Below are positions 1 to 9,543 of a DNA stretch of 32,000 nt, in pieces. Made by a program: the position numbers and the translations under genes. Location of the stretch: positions 2,790,001 through 2,822,000 of the forward strand of contig NZ_CP065936.1 in the NCBI RefSeq assembly GCF_003367075.2. The letters run 5' to 3'. The notes beneath the pieces were generated by a model. It was given only the letters and a program-made list of their open reading frames with translations. It was not told the origin of the DNA and did not search any database. Origin of the DNA: Cylindrospermopsis raciborskii Cr2010 (GTDB taxonomy: Bacteria > Cyanobacteriota > Cyanobacteriia > Cyanobacteriales > Nostocaceae). Positions within the stretch are counted from its first letter, which is position 1; each line of letters opens with the position of its first letter.

Positions 1-90
1 TGGAACCGCAAAACGCTGTGTTATTGTCTCCACTATTTTGGGTTCCCTCAGAACTGCTAGGGAAAATACTGTCCTCAGAAATAATGCTTA

Positions 91-188
91 CTGTTATTAG
101 GTAAGTAGGGAGGCATGATTATTTATAGGATGGGGTGGGGGCGTTGGGTTTCGTTCCTCAACCCAACCTACGTTCTGTTATTAGGTAA
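91..188. repeat. MITE-like miniature insertion: hairpin-bearing 70-bp insert bracketed by a perfect 14-bp direct repeat
   Basis: CTGTTATTAGGTAA occurs at 91-104 and again at 175-188. Between the copies, GTAGG (105-109) and CCTAC (167-171) are inverted. GTTGGGTT (143-150) pairs perfectly with AACCCAAC (160-167) around a 9-nt loop, preceded by a G-rich tract (132-141). From memory the GTTGGGTTTCG...AACCCAACCTACG hairpin resembles a short dispersed repeat of filamentous cyanobacteria. Confidence 0.4.
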
Positions 189-297
189 TACATTAAGTAA
201 TACGAGTTTCAGTTTTTAAAAACCATAACCAAGGTGATGGGCCAGTATGATCAGTATGATATATTTTATGGATGATGGTCATTAGACTTAGGAAAAT

Positions 298-1113
298 ATG
301 GTTAATCGTCCTACCAACTCCAATACTTCCCTCACTCTCAAAGTAGTAGGGATAGTTTGTATTTTATCTTTTTTCATAGACTTTTTGATTTTGATGCTGG
401 GATTCAACTTTACAGATAAAGAAGCACAAGTTGGTCTAACCACAGCATTAGTAGATCGTGGTGTTGTCCCCATGGTAGGTTTAGCAATGATTCTCATTGC
501 CCATTGGTTGGACACCAATGACCAGGGAAAAAATCCGGGTATGGATTTTAAATTTCCTTCCCTAATACTTTCTAGCATTTTTGGTCTAATGTTTTTGTTG
601 ATTTTTCCCCTGCACCTGACAAATGTTGACCAGGTTAGCAAAGAAAAGGTTAATCAAATTGCCCAAGATGCTCAACAAGCAGAGTCTCAACTCAATACCC
701 AGTTGGCCCAATTCCAGGGTCAGCTGAATAATGACCAGGGTCGCGCTCAATTACAACAGGCTCAACTTCAAGCGAAGGCACAAATTACTGAATTACTTAA
801 AGATCCACAAAAATATAAACAAGCACTAGAAAACCCCCAACTTCCCCCAGAACAGAAAGAGTTACTCAAGAAACTGCAGGCCAACCCGCAAGACATAGAT
901 AAATTTATTGCCCAGCAGACCGATCCCAATGAAATTGCCAAACAAAAAATCGAGCAAATTCGCCAACGCCAAACGGAAGCGGAAAAACAAGCTAGAGAGA
1001 ATGCTTGGAAGTCTGGACTAAGAATAGGAATTGGCAGTCTGTTGTTATCTATTGGTTATATTATCATTGGCTGGACTGGATTAAAAACTACATCTGGTAC
1101 ACGTAGGGTTTAA
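298..1113 (+). CDS. Membrane protein with Gln-rich coiled-coil middle region (possibly HpsJ-family-like); function unknown
   Basis: ATG ORF of 271 aa. Hydrophobic segments at the N-terminus (VVGIVCILSFFIDFLILML, VVPMVGLAMILIAHWL, LILSSIFGLMFLLIFPL) and C-terminus (IGIGSLLLSIGYIIIGW) flank a Q/K-rich low-complexity stretch (QLNTQLAQFQGQLNNDQGRAQLQQAQLQAKAQ). The family name is a recollection only. Confidence 0.55.
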   Translation: MVNRPTNSNTSLTLKVVGIVCILSFFIDFLILMLGFNFTDKEAQVGLTTALVDRGVVPMVGLAMILIAHWLDTNDQGKNPGMDFKFPSLILSSIFGLMFLLIFPLHLTNVDQVSKEKVNQIAQDAQQAESQLNTQLAQFQGQLNNDQGRAQLQQAQLQAKAQITELLKDPQKYKQALENPQLPPEQKELLKKLQANPQDIDKFIAQQTDPNEIAKQKIEQIRQRQTEAEKQARENAWKSGLRIGIGSLLLSIGYIIIGWTGLKTTSGTRRV

Positions 1114-1310
1114 TAAACCAAAATCTTGGGTGATCATTGGCTACGATTAACGCTAGGATTAATAATACCTCGAAAACCTGCAACAATAATTTACAGGCAC
1201 TATATTCTTACGTGCCTATTTGCAGGCCTAAAGCAACTGATCATGAGAAATAAGTAATAAATCTTAAACTTAGGACTCATTTATCTGGACTGACAACAAG
1301 GATTTGTGGT

Positions 1311-2081
1311 ATGGAAATCAATCACAAACATTCTAGTAGCCAAAAAAAGGAGAATCCGGGCTTGGTCATGGAACGGCTTAAACAGGACTTAAAAAATGAC
1401 TTGATAGCTGGGTTGTTGGTGGTAATACCCCTAGCAACCACCATTTGGTTAACCATTACGATTGCCAACTGGGTAATTAACTTTCTCACCCAAATCCCTA
1501 AACAGCTTAACCCTTTTGATGGACTAAACCCCATATTAGTCAACCTATTGAACTTTTTAGTTGGTTTAGCAGTACCATTAATTAGCATCCTGTTTATTGG
1601 TCTGATGGCCCGGAATATCTTTGGCAAATGGTTGCTTGACTTTGGGGAGAGGATATTGCATGCAATTCCCTTAGCTGGTCAAGTCTACAAGACTCTCAAA
1701 CAATTACTGGAGACTATACTCAAGGATTCCAATGGCAAATTCCGTCGAGTGGTGTTATTGGAATATCCTAGGAGGGGAATATGGTCTATTGGCTTTGTCA
1801 CCGGTGCAATTGCCAGCGACATTCAGGCAAAATTGAGTCGTCCTATGTTGAGCATTTTTATTCCCACTACCCCTAACCCCACTACTGGTTGGTATGCAGT
1901 GGTTCCAGAAGATGAAGCAATCAATCTGACAATGTCTATAGAGGATGCGTTTAAAATCATTGTCTCCGGCGGTATAGTCGCGCCTAGTAATGGTGTAGTT
2001 ATGTCCCAATTGCCCTTAACAACTCCAACATTAACCAAAGAAGGCAAAAGCCATTTGGTTGGTGTTGAACCTGATTTTTGA
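1311..2081 (+). CDS. DUF502-family membrane protein
   Basis: 256-aa ORF. Two N-terminal TM helices (LIAGLLVVIPLATTIWLTITIANWV; LLNFLVGLAVPLISILFIGLMA) are followed by GKWLLDFGERILHAIPLAGQVYKTLKQL and a FIPTTPNPTTGWYAVVPE segment typical of DUF502 proteins. An alternative ATG lies at 1368. Confidence 0.7.
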   Translation: MEINHKHSSSQKKENPGLVMERLKQDLKNDLIAGLLVVIPLATTIWLTITIANWVINFLTQIPKQLNPFDGLNPILVNLLNFLVGLAVPLISILFIGLMARNIFGKWLLDFGERILHAIPLAGQVYKTLKQLLETILKDSNGKFRRVVLLEYPRRGIWSIGFVTGAIASDIQAKLSRPMLSIFIPTTPNPTTGWYAVVPEDEAINLTMSIEDAFKIIVSGGIVAPSNGVVMSQLPLTTPTLTKEGKSHLVGVEPDF

Positions 2082-2263
2082 CATACTGGTGAATCCTCAA
2101 TTTATTACGGCTACATGTCAAAACCTGCTTGGTGATGATGAGTCTATGAACACAGGAACTACCGGGATAGTGGGAATTAATTTCCTGCAAAAATATCCTG
2201 GTTCTAACCTGTAATGATTGTTAATTTCTTATTCGTACCATATCTACCATATTATGTAAGATT

Positions 2264-2905
2264 ATGCAACCTCGTAAACCCCAACAAATAGCTAGAGAAC
2301 TAGCACTACTAAGTCTTAGTCAGTTGCCAGTTAATCCTAAAAAATTGCAGAAACTACCAGATGACCAACTAATGGCCAAGCTCGTTCTTGGTGCTGTCCG
2401 CACTTTAACTGCAGAAGTACAGGATACGTTGAATAGTGCTGCTGCTGAATTACAGCGCAGTAATGACCGATTATTAACTAGTCAAACCCGTGCATCCGAC
2501 TTAAGTACGGCTAGAACAATGCTTCAAGAAGCCATTGGCTGCACGCAAACAGCTATTAATCAATTGGGTTTAGCTGTTGACTTCCCTGAGTTGATTCAAT
2601 TAGCTAATCAAGATAAGGAAGTTCGCAATTACGCTAAGGAAATTGTGGTTACTGTTGATGAGAATCGACCTATTTTAGATCAGATTATCTCCCAGGCACT
2701 GGTAGACTGGCAAGTAACTAGACTAGCTCAAATAGATAGGGATATACTTCAAATTGCTGTGGCGGAAATGAAATTTATGGAAGTTCCTCCCAGCATTGCC
2801 ATTAATGAAGCGGTAGAGCTGGCTAAACGTTATAGTGGCGATGATGGACATCGATTTATTAATGGTGTTTTACGTCGGGTCACAGATCAAAAACAACCTG
2901 CTTAA
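2264..2905 (+). CDS. nusB: Transcription antitermination factor NusB
   Basis: 213-aa ORF. The C-terminal NusB signature is present ([49 protein letters not shown]). It sits immediately upstream of ftsY, a common cyanobacterial arrangement. Confidence 0.85.
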   Translation: MQPRKPQQIARELALLSLSQLPVNPKKLQKLPDDQLMAKLVLGAVRTLTAEVQDTLNSAAAELQRSNDRLLTSQTRASDLSTARTMLQEAIGCTQTAINQLGLAVDFPELIQLANQDKEVRNYAKEIVVTVDENRPILDQIISQALVDWQVTRLAQIDRDILQIAVAEMKFMEVPPSIAINEAVELAKRYSGDDGHRFINGVLRRVTDQKQPA

Positions 2906-2980
2906 TTCCATACCTTGGCGGTTCTGAGTTGTCAATCCTCCAAGGATTAAATCACAATAATCATACTTAATAAAGCTAAA

Positions 2981-4495
2981 ATGTCATTTAATTGGTTTCG
3001 CCGTCAACATGATGATTCTTCCGCTAGTACGGAAACTCAAGTACAAAGTGAAACTTCGTCTAATCAGGAAGTGTCACCAGAATCAGTTCCGGAAACAATA
3101 ATCGATCCAGCGGATCTGTTAGCCTATGCCAAAGCTGCTTATAAAAATATTCAGCAAAAACAACAGTCTCAAGATCAAGAAGGTACGACTGTAACTGATG
3201 AAGCGTCTTCAGTTACAACTAGTGAAACTTCGGAAATATCAGAAGACAGCTCTGTTATTAAAGATGAGATTCCGGTGACCAGTACGGATGTGGGTGAAGA
3301 ATTGATTTCAGACACGGACCATACTCCACCGGAAGTGGGAGTTGATGGCCAGCCGCAATTATCCTTTTTAGAGAGAGCAACTGCAGATAGACAGGCTAAA
3401 CAAGAGAGATTAATTGCTACTGCTGTGGAGGTTCCTGAACCAGAAACCACGGTTATGCCCAACGTTAGTATTATAGCAATTCCTGAATTAGAATTTGATG
3501 ATGGCTTTGTTTGGTCAGCAGAAGTTTTAGCCGCCCAGGGTAGACGAGCAGAAGATATTTCCATAGAGGAAATTACTTGGTTGAAAAAACTGCGTCAGGG
3601 ACTGGATAAGACTAGACGTAATATACTAAACCAGTTAAAAGCTATTGTTGGACAAGGTCCCTTAAATCAAGATGCAGTAGCAGAAATTGAGGGAATACTG
3701 CTACAGGCTGATGTAGGTGTTGAAGCCACTGATCTGATTATTCAGTCCCTCCAGAAAAAACTTCGCGATGAGGTTACCGCCCCCGAACAAGCAATTGCCT
3801 ATCTCAAGCAAATCCTGAGGGATATGCTGGAGAAACCCCTGGAATCATCACCTAGATCGGGTTTTGCTCCAGAAAAAGATAAACTCACTATTTGGTTAAT
3901 TACAGGGGTGAATGGTGCTGGTAAAACCACAACTATTGGTAAAATCGCTCACCTAGCTCAGAAATCTGGATATAACTGTTTGATTGCTGCTGCTGATACT
4001 TTCCGCGCTGCTGCTGTGGAGCAGGTCAAAGTTTGGGGAAGTAGAAGTGGTGTAGAAGTTATTGCTAACCCTGGTAAAAATACTGACCCTGCTGCTATTG
4101 TATTTGATGCGATCGCAGCTGCCCAATCACGGAAAACGGAATTACTGTTAGTAGACACAGCAGGGAGACTGCAAAACAAGAAAAACCTGATGGATGAACT
4201 GAGCAAGATTCGTCGAATTATTGACAAAAAAGCTGCTGATGCCCGTGTAGAGTCGCTGTTAGTCTTAGATTCCACCTTAGGACAAAACGGACTGCGACAA
4301 GCTGAAGTTTTTTCTCAAGCTGCTCAACTTAGTGGTGTGGTTTTAACTAAGTTAGATGGCACAGCTAAAGGGGGAGTGGCTTTAGCGGTGGTGCAACAGT
4401 TAGGTTTACCCATTAGGTTTATAGGTGCTGGGGAAGGAATTGAAGATTTACGTCCCTTCTCCAGTTATGAGTTTGTGGAAGCTCTTTTAAACTAA
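2981..4495 (+). CDS. ftsY: Signal recognition particle receptor FtsY
   Basis: 504-aa ORF. A long acidic S/T/E-rich N-terminal A-domain precedes the NG domain, which carries G1 GVNGAGKTTTIGK, G3 DTAGR, G4 TKLDG and the C-terminal GAGEGIEDL. Confidence 0.92.
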   Translation: MSFNWFRRQHDDSSASTETQVQSETSSNQEVSPESVPETIIDPADLLAYAKAAYKNIQQKQQSQDQEGTTVTDEASSVTTSETSEISEDSSVIKDEIPVTSTDVGEELISDTDHTPPEVGVDGQPQLSFLERATADRQAKQERLIATAVEVPEPETTVMPNVSIIAIPELEFDDGFVWSAEVLAAQGRRAEDISIEEITWLKKLRQGLDKTRRNILNQLKAIVGQGPLNQDAVAEIEGILLQADVGVEATDLIIQSLQKKLRDEVTAPEQAIAYLKQILRDMLEKPLESSPRSGFAPEKDKLTIWLITGVNGAGKTTTIGKIAHLAQKSGYNCLIAAADTFRAAAVEQVKVWGSRSGVEVIANPGKNTDPAAIVFDAIAAAQSRKTELLLVDTAGRLQNKKNLMDELSKIRRIIDKKAADARVESLLVLDSTLGQNGLRQAEVFSQAAQLSGVVLTKLDGTAKGGVALAVVQQLGLPIRFIGAGEGIEDLRPFSSYEFVEALLN

Positions 4496-4776
4496 AAAAG
4501 AAACTTTTAAACCAAGATAGAGGGAGGTTGGAAATAAAAATTATCAAAAATAATTCTTTTTTTGGTAAAAACTGGACAACTTCTGGTATGATCTCACACT
4601 AGAACCGTTTTTTAGTCATCGGAGAGTGAGCACATACACACGATTCAAAATCTCCGCCTGGAATTTCTAGCCTAAAATACCCTAAAAGTTACATATTCGG
4701 TTATGATGCCCTTGCTAAAATGACTAATCTTAAAAGCTTGTTCATTTATTCTAAAACTTACAGAAAATAGCAGCCT

Positions 4777-6174
4777 GTGTCCCAATTTCCTTCTCAATCC
4801 ACAGAAATCAATAGTAGTGCCACTAGAGATGTCACCCCAATGGTGGCACTAAAAGAGATTGTGGCTAGGTTACATCGGGAACAGAACAAAATTCAAGAGC
4901 TGCTGGGTTCTCTGGGATTTGCCTTGAGGAGTTTCAACAATTTAAATCAGTTCCTGGAACTGATTCCGTTTATGGCTGCTAAGGTAACGGATGCGGATGG
5001 TAGTGCCCTATTTCTGTATAAGCCCAATGGTCAAGTTACCTTAGAACAGTTACATTGGCAAGATAGTCAGCAAAGGAAAAGCATCCGTAAAGCTCTGGAA
5101 ACTGCCAGTAGTCAAATTACCCTTTTCCCCAGTTCAGCGCCAGTCACAACTACTGGCATACTAGATGACCAGATGCAAATGTATTTGGGTCCGGATGTAC
5201 AGGTTTTTGGTACGGCAATTATAGTTAAACACACAGAAAGGGGTTGGCTATATGTTCTAAGTCGGGATCCTGATTACAGTTGGACAGAGACCAGGCAAAA
5301 ACTAGTGAGACTGGTTGCTGATCAAACTGGAGTAGCTATTGGCAATGATGAATTGTCTGTAGAGCTGCGGAAAAAAGAACTGTTGGATCAAGAACTGGAA
5401 ATCGCAGCGGAGATCCAACGGAGACTTTTACCCCGTTTATGTCCTAATATTCCTGGTGCTGTCCTAGCTGCACGTTTTAAACCAGCTAATCGGGTGGGAG
5501 GAGATTATTATGATTTTATTGCCACCAATCACACCACCAATTACCCTCCCCACCATCTGAGTCAGGAAAACACCTGTTGGGCTCTAGTGATTGCGGATGT
5601 GATGGGTAAAGGTGTTCCCGCAGGTTTAATTATGACCATGTTACGAGGAATGCTCAGAGGTGAGGTACTTCATGGTAATTCAGCAGCAGGAATTTTGCAG
5701 AATTTAAACCGGGTTATGTATGCTGACTTAGAAAATTCGAACCGCTTTGTTACTATGTTCTATTCTGAATATGACCCAAAAACCCGAGTTTTGTCTTATA
5801 GTAATGCCGCCCATAACCCACCTCTGTGGTGGCATGCCAGATCCAGAACTGTGACTAGACTGGACACAATGGGTATGCTTATTGGTCTCGATGCTAACAG
5901 TCAATATGAAAATGGACAAGCTCTTTTAGAACCAGGTGACACTGTAATTTATTATACTGATGGTTTAACGGATGCTGCAGCTGCAAGTGGCGATCGCTTT
6001 AGTGAAGATAATTTCATTACTTCATTTAGTGCTGCTTGTCGGTATTGTAATGGGCCCCAAGAAATAGCGGATTATTTATTTGATAAGGTGCAGGAATTTA
6101 TTGGAACTGATAAACAAAATACTGATGATATGACCCTAGTAGTTCTGCAAATTTCCCAGGATGAGGAACCATAA
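4777..6174 (+). CDS. GAF domain-containing PP2C/SpoIIE-family serine phosphatase
   Basis: 465-aa ORF with a GTG start at 4777 (in-frame ATG at 4840). The N-terminal half is GAF-like. The C-terminal half carries PPM/SpoIIE motifs: GGDYYDF, IADVMGKGVPAGL, YYTDGLTD, DDMTLVVLQI. Confidence 0.8.
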   Translation: MSQFPSQSTEINSSATRDVTPMVALKEIVARLHREQNKIQELLGSLGFALRSFNNLNQFLELIPFMAAKVTDADGSALFLYKPNGQVTLEQLHWQDSQQRKSIRKALETASSQITLFPSSAPVTTTGILDDQMQMYLGPDVQVFGTAIIVKHTERGWLYVLSRDPDYSWTETRQKLVRLVADQTGVAIGNDELSVELRKKELLDQELEIAAEIQRRLLPRLCPNIPGAVLAARFKPANRVGGDYYDFIATNHTTNYPPHHLSQENTCWALVIADVMGKGVPAGLIMTMLRGMLRGEVLHGNSAAGILQNLNRVMYADLENSNRFVTMFYSEYDPKTRVLSYSNAAHNPPLWWHARSRTVTRLDTMGMLIGLDANSQYENGQALLEPGDTVIYYTDGLTDAAAASGDRFSEDNFITSFSAACRYCNGPQEIADYLFDKVQEFIGTDKQNTDDMTLVVLQISQDEEP

Positions 6175-6204
6175 TTAAAAGGATTAACAAAACCAGGTAT
6201 AAAC

Positions 6205-7614
6205 ATGACAAGAAACGAGAAAATTAACTTTGCTACTCCCAGTGGGTTTCCCGAATTTCTCCCTGGGGAAAAGCGACTAGAATTATACTTACTAGACACC
6301 ATTCGTAAAGTATTTGAGAGTTATGGTTTTACACCCATAGAAACACCAGCGGTAGAAAGGCTAGAGGTACTACAAGCCAAAGGAAATCAAGGGGATAATA
6401 TCATATATGGAATTGAGCCAATTCTACCACCGAACCGCCAATTAGAAAGAGATAAATCTGGGGAAACTGGTGCGGAAGCTAGGGCTTTAAAATTCGATCA
6501 AACTGTTCCTTTAGCTGCTTATATAGCTCGTCATTTAAATGAATTAACTTTCCCCTTTGCCCGGTATCAAATGGATATGGTATTTAGAGGTGAACGGGCA
6601 AAAGATGGGCGTTTTCGACAGTTTCGTCAGTGTGACATTGATGTAGTTGGTCGAGACAAGCTAAGTTTGTTATACGATGCCCAAATGCCAGCAATTATCA
6701 CAGAAATATTTGCAGCCATTAATATTGGTGATTTTGTCATTCGTATTAATAACCGCAAAATTCTCTCGGGCTTTTTTCAATCTCTGGGGATTGCCCAGGA
6801 GCAAATTAAAACTTGTATCGGTATTATTGATAACCTAGAAAAAATTGGTGAAGCTAAAGTTCAACAGGAGCTAGAAAAATCCGGTATTTCCTTAGAACAA
6901 AGCAGAAAGATAATTGAATTTATCAACATTGATGCCAATGTGGATGATGTTTTAGACAAACTCAAACATCTGGCAGTAAATTTACCCCAAGCAGAAGGAT
7001 TTAACTTAGGAGTAAGTGAATTAGAAGCAGTAATTGATGGAGTGAAGAATTTAGGAGTACCCGCCCAACGTTTCTGTATTGACTTATCCATTGCGCGTGG
7101 GTTAAACTACTACACGGGAACCGTTTATGAAACCACCCTAATTGGACATGAATCCCTCGGTAGTATTTGTTCTGGTGGTAGATATGAAGAACTAGTGGGA
7201 ATATTTTTGGGTGAAAAAATGCCAGGAGTAGGGATCTCCATAGGACTATCTAGACTAATTAATCGATTATTAAAAGCGGATATTCTACAGAAATTACCAC
7301 CCACACCCGCTCAAGTAATGGTAGTAAATATCCAAGAAGACCTAATGCCCATTTATTTACAGGTGTCACAACAATTAAGACGAGCGGGAATTAATGTTGT
7401 CACTAACTTTGAGAAAAAACAATTAGGTAAGCAATTTCAGTTAGCAGATAAACAGGGAATTAGATTTTGTGTCATCATTGGTAGTCAGGAAGCTGCTAAC
7501 GCCAAATCATGCTTAAAGGATTTGAGTACGGGAGAGCAAATAGAAGTTCCTTTCTCTAACTTAGCTAAAACCTTGCAACAAATATTACAACCTACGCTAT
7601 CCCATGGGGGGTAA
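6205..7614 (+). CDS. hisS: Histidine--tRNA ligase (divergent, eukaryote/archaeal-like motif 2)
   Basis: 469-aa ORF. Class II core is present: motif 2 FRGERAKDGRFRQFRQCDIDVVG and motif 3 region GGRYEELVGIF...GVGISIGLSRL. A C-terminal HGTP anticodon-binding domain (QVMVVNIQEDL...IRFCVIIGSQEAANAKSCLKDL) argues against the paralog HisZ. Confidence 0.85.
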   Translation: MTRNEKINFATPSGFPEFLPGEKRLELYLLDTIRKVFESYGFTPIETPAVERLEVLQAKGNQGDNIIYGIEPILPPNRQLERDKSGETGAEARALKFDQTVPLAAYIARHLNELTFPFARYQMDMVFRGERAKDGRFRQFRQCDIDVVGRDKLSLLYDAQMPAIITEIFAAINIGDFVIRINNRKILSGFFQSLGIAQEQIKTCIGIIDNLEKIGEAKVQQELEKSGISLEQSRKIIEFINIDANVDDVLDKLKHLAVNLPQAEGFNLGVSELEAVIDGVKNLGVPAQRFCIDLSIARGLNYYTGTVYETTLIGHESLGSICSGGRYEELVGIFLGEKMPGVGISIGLSRLINRLLKADILQKLPPTPAQVMVVNIQEDLMPIYLQVSQQLRRAGINVVTNFEKKQLGKQFQLADKQGIRFCVIIGSQEAANAKSCLKDLSTGEQIEVPFSNLAKTLQQILQPTLSHGG

Positions 7615-7829
7615 AACCCCTTATGGGGATAACACTGCATCCTCCATTGTCTGGCGTTGATATACTATTATAAGGATTGATTCCTTTGGCTAGGTGTCAA
7701 TTATTTAATTGGATAAAAGCGATCATTTCATCATGGTAAAGTTACTATGGGGTTGTGGTCGCTTGTTTTTAGTTTTATAGTGTTTTATGGTTCTGGTCTC
7801 CCTTCTCCTGAAAAAATAACTAACTTATT

Positions 7830-8276
7830 ATGAGCAAATTATTAAACGAATCCCTGTCTTTACAGGTTGCTCAAACTATCAAAAGTCAAGCTAAGAAACC
7901 TTTTGAAAACGCATATAAAGCATTACTAGTAACCGATGGCGCTAAATATGTTCAGGGCTTTTTAGTCTTGACCGGACACCCCTATCAACCTATAGAACAT
8001 GCTTGGATAGAATTAGAGGATGTGATTATCGATCCTAGTTTTACCTATTTGCAAAGAAAAGCTGAAAATATTTGGTATTTCCCCGCACAAGTTTTAACCC
8101 TGAAGAAATTAAAAGCAATTATCGAAGAATCAGAGGAGGACTATCCAGAAGATAATCCTTTACCAATATATAGTGATGCACCCTACCAGTATTACGGTGA
8201 TTTAATGTTAGGTGATCAAAATTACTTAGATGCTTATGAGGCAGCTAATGCAAAGTGTCAGGAGCTAAAGCTATAA
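7830..8276 (+). CDS. Hypothetical protein (148 aa, acidic C-terminal half)
   Basis: Uninterrupted ATG ORF of coding-like composition. No motif recognised. Confidence 0.5.
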   Translation: MSKLLNESLSLQVAQTIKSQAKKPFENAYKALLVTDGAKYVQGFLVLTGHPYQPIEHAWIELEDVIIDPSFTYLQRKAENIWYFPAQVLTLKKLKAIIEESEEDYPEDNPLPIYSDAPYQYYGDLMLGDQNYLDAYEAANAKCQELKL

Positions 8277-9356
8277 ATCGGGGAATACTTCCTGTACCGC
8301 AGGATGTAAGAGATGATGGTTTTTGATATTTAAACCTTTGGCTAAAGCTGAGTTAACCTCCAAGGCTTCCAATCCTAAGTTGGCTAGTTGTAACACGTAT
8401 GGCAAAGTACTGTTGTTTAGTGCTTGTGTAGATGTCCAAGGAACAGCTCCTGGCATATTAGGGACACCATAGTGTAGAACACCTTCATCAACATACACTG
8501 GGTTGCTGTGAGATGTGGGGTATAGAGTTTCCACACATCCACCCTGGTCTACAGCTACATCCACAATTACAGACCCAGAACGCATTTGTTTGACCAAGTT
8601 CCGAGGAACTAAAATTGGGGCTTTTTTTCCTGGGATTAACACTGCACCAATTAGCAAATCAGCTTCTCTAACAACTGCTTCTACTTGAGCAGAATTGCTG
8701 TAGAGCAGTTCCACTCTAGAGCCAAATAGGGTTTCTAAATAGGAGAGTCGCTCCACATTTACATCTAAAATTTGTACCCCAGCGCCCATACCCACAGCAA
8801 TTTTAGCAGCTTCTGTCCCTACTACACCACCGCCTAAAATTACCACTTTACCGGGTTTAACTCCGGGAACACCCCCCAAAAGCACTCCTCTCCCCCCCTG
8901 TTGACTTTCCAAAAACCTGGCACCAAATTGTACTGCTAATCTTCCTGCAATAATACTCATTGGTGTCAGTAAGGGGAGTCTATTAGCACCCACCTGCTCC
9001 ACGGTTTCGTAAGCAATTGCACAAGTTCCCGAATCTATCAAGTGTTCTGTTAGTTCCCTGTTAGCAGCTAAATGTAAATAGGTAAACAGTAGTAAATCCT
9101 TTCGTAAAAATTGGTACTCACTTTTTAATGGCTCTTTGACCTTAACAACTAGATCTTGATGCCATGCTGACTCCGCAGATGCTACTATTTTTCCCCCTGC
9201 TGCTAGGTAATCTTCATCTGTAAAGCCCGCATGACAACCAGCCATAGTTTCGACAAATACACTATGGTTATTCTCAGTTAAAACACGTACACTAGCAGGG
9301 GTTAACCCTACGCGAAATTCCTGATCTTTAGTTTCTTTAGGAACACCGATTTGCAT
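8271..9356 (-). CDS. ald: Alanine dehydrogenase
   Basis: 361-aa ORF. N-terminus MQIGVPKETKDQEFRVGLTP and the Rossmann motif VVILGGGVVGTEAAKIAVGMGA are characteristic of Ald/PNT-family L-alanine dehydrogenase. Confidence 0.9.
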   Translation of the reverse strand: MQIGVPKETKDQEFRVGLTPASVRVLTENNHSVFVETMAGCHAGFTDEDYLAAGGKIVASAESAWHQDLVVKVKEPLKSEYQFLRKDLLLFTYLHLAANRELTEHLIDSGTCAIAYETVEQVGANRLPLLTPMSIIAGRLAVQFGARFLESQQGGRGVLLGGVPGVKPGKVVILGGGVVGTEAAKIAVGMGAGVQILDVNVERLSYLETLFGSRVELLYSNSAQVEAVVREADLLIGAVLIPGKKAPILVPRNLVKQMRSGSVIVDVAVDQGGCVETLYPTSHSNPVYVDEGVLHYGVPNMPGAVPWTSTQALNNSTLPYVLQLANLGLEALEVNSALAKGLNIKNHHLLHPAVQEVFPDL

Positions 9357-9543
9357 TTATAACCTCTAATTATAGTTGGTTGACTTATAGATTGCAGCAT
9401 TCCTCCCATTAGTTCCGTATTGGATTAATCAAAATTCCCAAATTGCATCACGCATCTATTTTGGTTGATTTATTCCTAATGGCAATATAATTTAGGAGTA
9501 TAATTTATAAAACAACATCATTGACACCAAGGAGCTTTTGATT

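Noticed and set aside
1-60. Possible 3' end of a plus-strand gene (frame 1 open to the TAG at 58-60), or 5' end of a minus-strand gene, at the left window edge.
   Set aside because: It is too short to judge. Two minus-strand frames are also open and none has a start codon or motif, so it is left unannotated.
132-148. G-rich tract (GGGGTGGGGGCGTTGGG) as a possible G-quadruplex.
   Set aside because: Only three good G-runs are close together, and the fourth would need a loop of about 20 nt. The tract is better explained as part of the MITE-like element and its hairpin.
3175-3564. 129-aa antisense ORF inside the ftsY acidic domain. Other long antisense or alternate-frame ORFs in the track are 288-641, 1322-1627, 1755-2047, 3958-4275, 12244-12453, 14905-15180, 16512-16884, 17364-17615, 18085-18576, 20412-20930 and 29282-29557.
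   Set aside because: Each is fully nested in a well-supported conserved gene and has no recognisable motif. Their composition (Ser/Pro/Arg/Cys-rich or low complexity) is typical of stop-free shadow frames. There is no independent start context.
4496-4776. 281-bp spacer between ftsY and the PP2C gene, examined for a small RNA, small ORF, riboswitch or terminator.
   Set aside because: It contains only A/T-only weak pairings (AATTAT/ATAATT followed by a T-run) and ORFs of 24 codons or fewer without conserved-looking sequence. Nothing can be supported from sequence alone.
7596-7635. GGGGT-AAA-ACCCC mini-hairpin spanning the hisS stop codon, considered as a terminator.
   Set aside because: The stem is only 5 bp, overlaps the coding end and has no U-tract, so the evidence is insufficient.
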